64,000 nt of DNA from Octopus sinensis (lineage: Eukaryota), in NCBI RefSeq assembly GCF_006345805.1, contig NC_043001.1, positions 48,794,001-48,858,000 of the forward strand. The letters run 5' to 3'. Positions 63,395 to 64,000 of this stretch are shown one piece after another. The translations under genes were made by a program, and so were the position numbers. How positions within the stretch are numbered: position 1 is the first letter of the stretch; the number at the start of each line of letters is the position of its first letter. The notes below the pieces were generated by a model that did no database searches, had not been told where the DNA came from, and saw nothing but the letters and a program-made list of their open reading frames with translations.

Positions 63395-63862
63395 TAAGGC
63401 GGCGTGTTGGTAGAATCGTTACCGTACTGAATAAAATGCGTAGCGGTATTTCGTCCGAAAAGGCGGCGAGCTGGCAGAAACGTCAGCACGCCGGGCGAAA
63501 TGCTTAACGGTATTTCGCTTGTCGTTACGTTGTGAGTTCAAATTCTGCCGAGGTTGACTTTACCTTTCATCCTTTCGGGGTCGATAAATTAAGTACCAGT
63601 TACGCACTGGGGTCGATGTAATCGACTTAATACCTATGTCTGTCCTTGTTTGTCCCCTCTGTGTTTAGCCCCTTGTGGGTAATAAAGAAATAGATATTTC
63701 GTCCGTCTTTATGTCCTGAGTTCATATTCTGCCGAGGTCGAGTTTCCTTTTCATTCTTTCGAAGTCGATAAAATAAGCTGCAGTTGAGCAGTGGGGTCAA
63801 TATAATTGATTTGCTCCTTCCTTGAAATTGCTGGCCTTGTGCCAAAAAAAGATTGAAACCAA
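63395..63862 (+). mobile_element. SINE A (tail-1, 63458-63692) nested in an older SINE A (tail-2)
   Basis: TSD GGTATTTCGTCCG (63445-63457) / GATATTTCGTCCG (63693-63705); the host copy resumes and ends with the CCTTGTGCCAAAA tail. Confidence 0.9.
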
Positions 63863-63961
63863 TATGTGATAGATTGTCGTTGAGCCTGTACTTGGTTCAA
63901 GTGTCCTTTTCACAAGTCTAGTCCAGCTCTTGCTAGGATAACACGGTGGCAGTGTTGGTTT

Positions 63962-63992
<31 letters not shown>

Positions 63993-64000
63993 GGGACAGT

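Overview
AT-rich, microsatellite-dense eukaryotic genomic DNA. The repeat repertoire (tRNA-derived SINEs including a CORE-type family, RTE, R4/Dong and Tx1-like LINEs, Penelope-like elements, mariner/maT, hAT MITEs, Helitrons) looks like an Octopus/cephalopod genome. That assignment is recognition from memory, not a database result. No intact transposon ORF is present, and almost all ORFs in the supplied track are microsatellite artefacts or decayed TE fragments. Manual reading suggests four phase-compatible minus-strand exons of an unidentified host gene (53545-53502, 37826-37630, 35872-35783, 32627-32535). The first lies in a CpG-rich promoter-like island, and the left half of the window is CpG-depleted like a methylated gene body. 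The most unusual observations are: (1) a Tx1/L1-clade LINE whose 5' end is joined to a SINE head at the anticodon-equivalent position; (2) minimal hammerhead-ribozyme motifs in Penelope-type termini; (3) a headless ~550-bp retroposon family that sits in (AAT)n tracts; (4) an ~900-bp branched foldback element; (5) a shared GGTAT target start in 3 of 4 TSD-bearing copies of one SINE; (6) an ~1-kb decayed reading frame I cannot assign to any family. TE boundaries without TSDs or TIRs are approximate. I found no evidence for CRISPR arrays, rRNA or intact tRNA genes.
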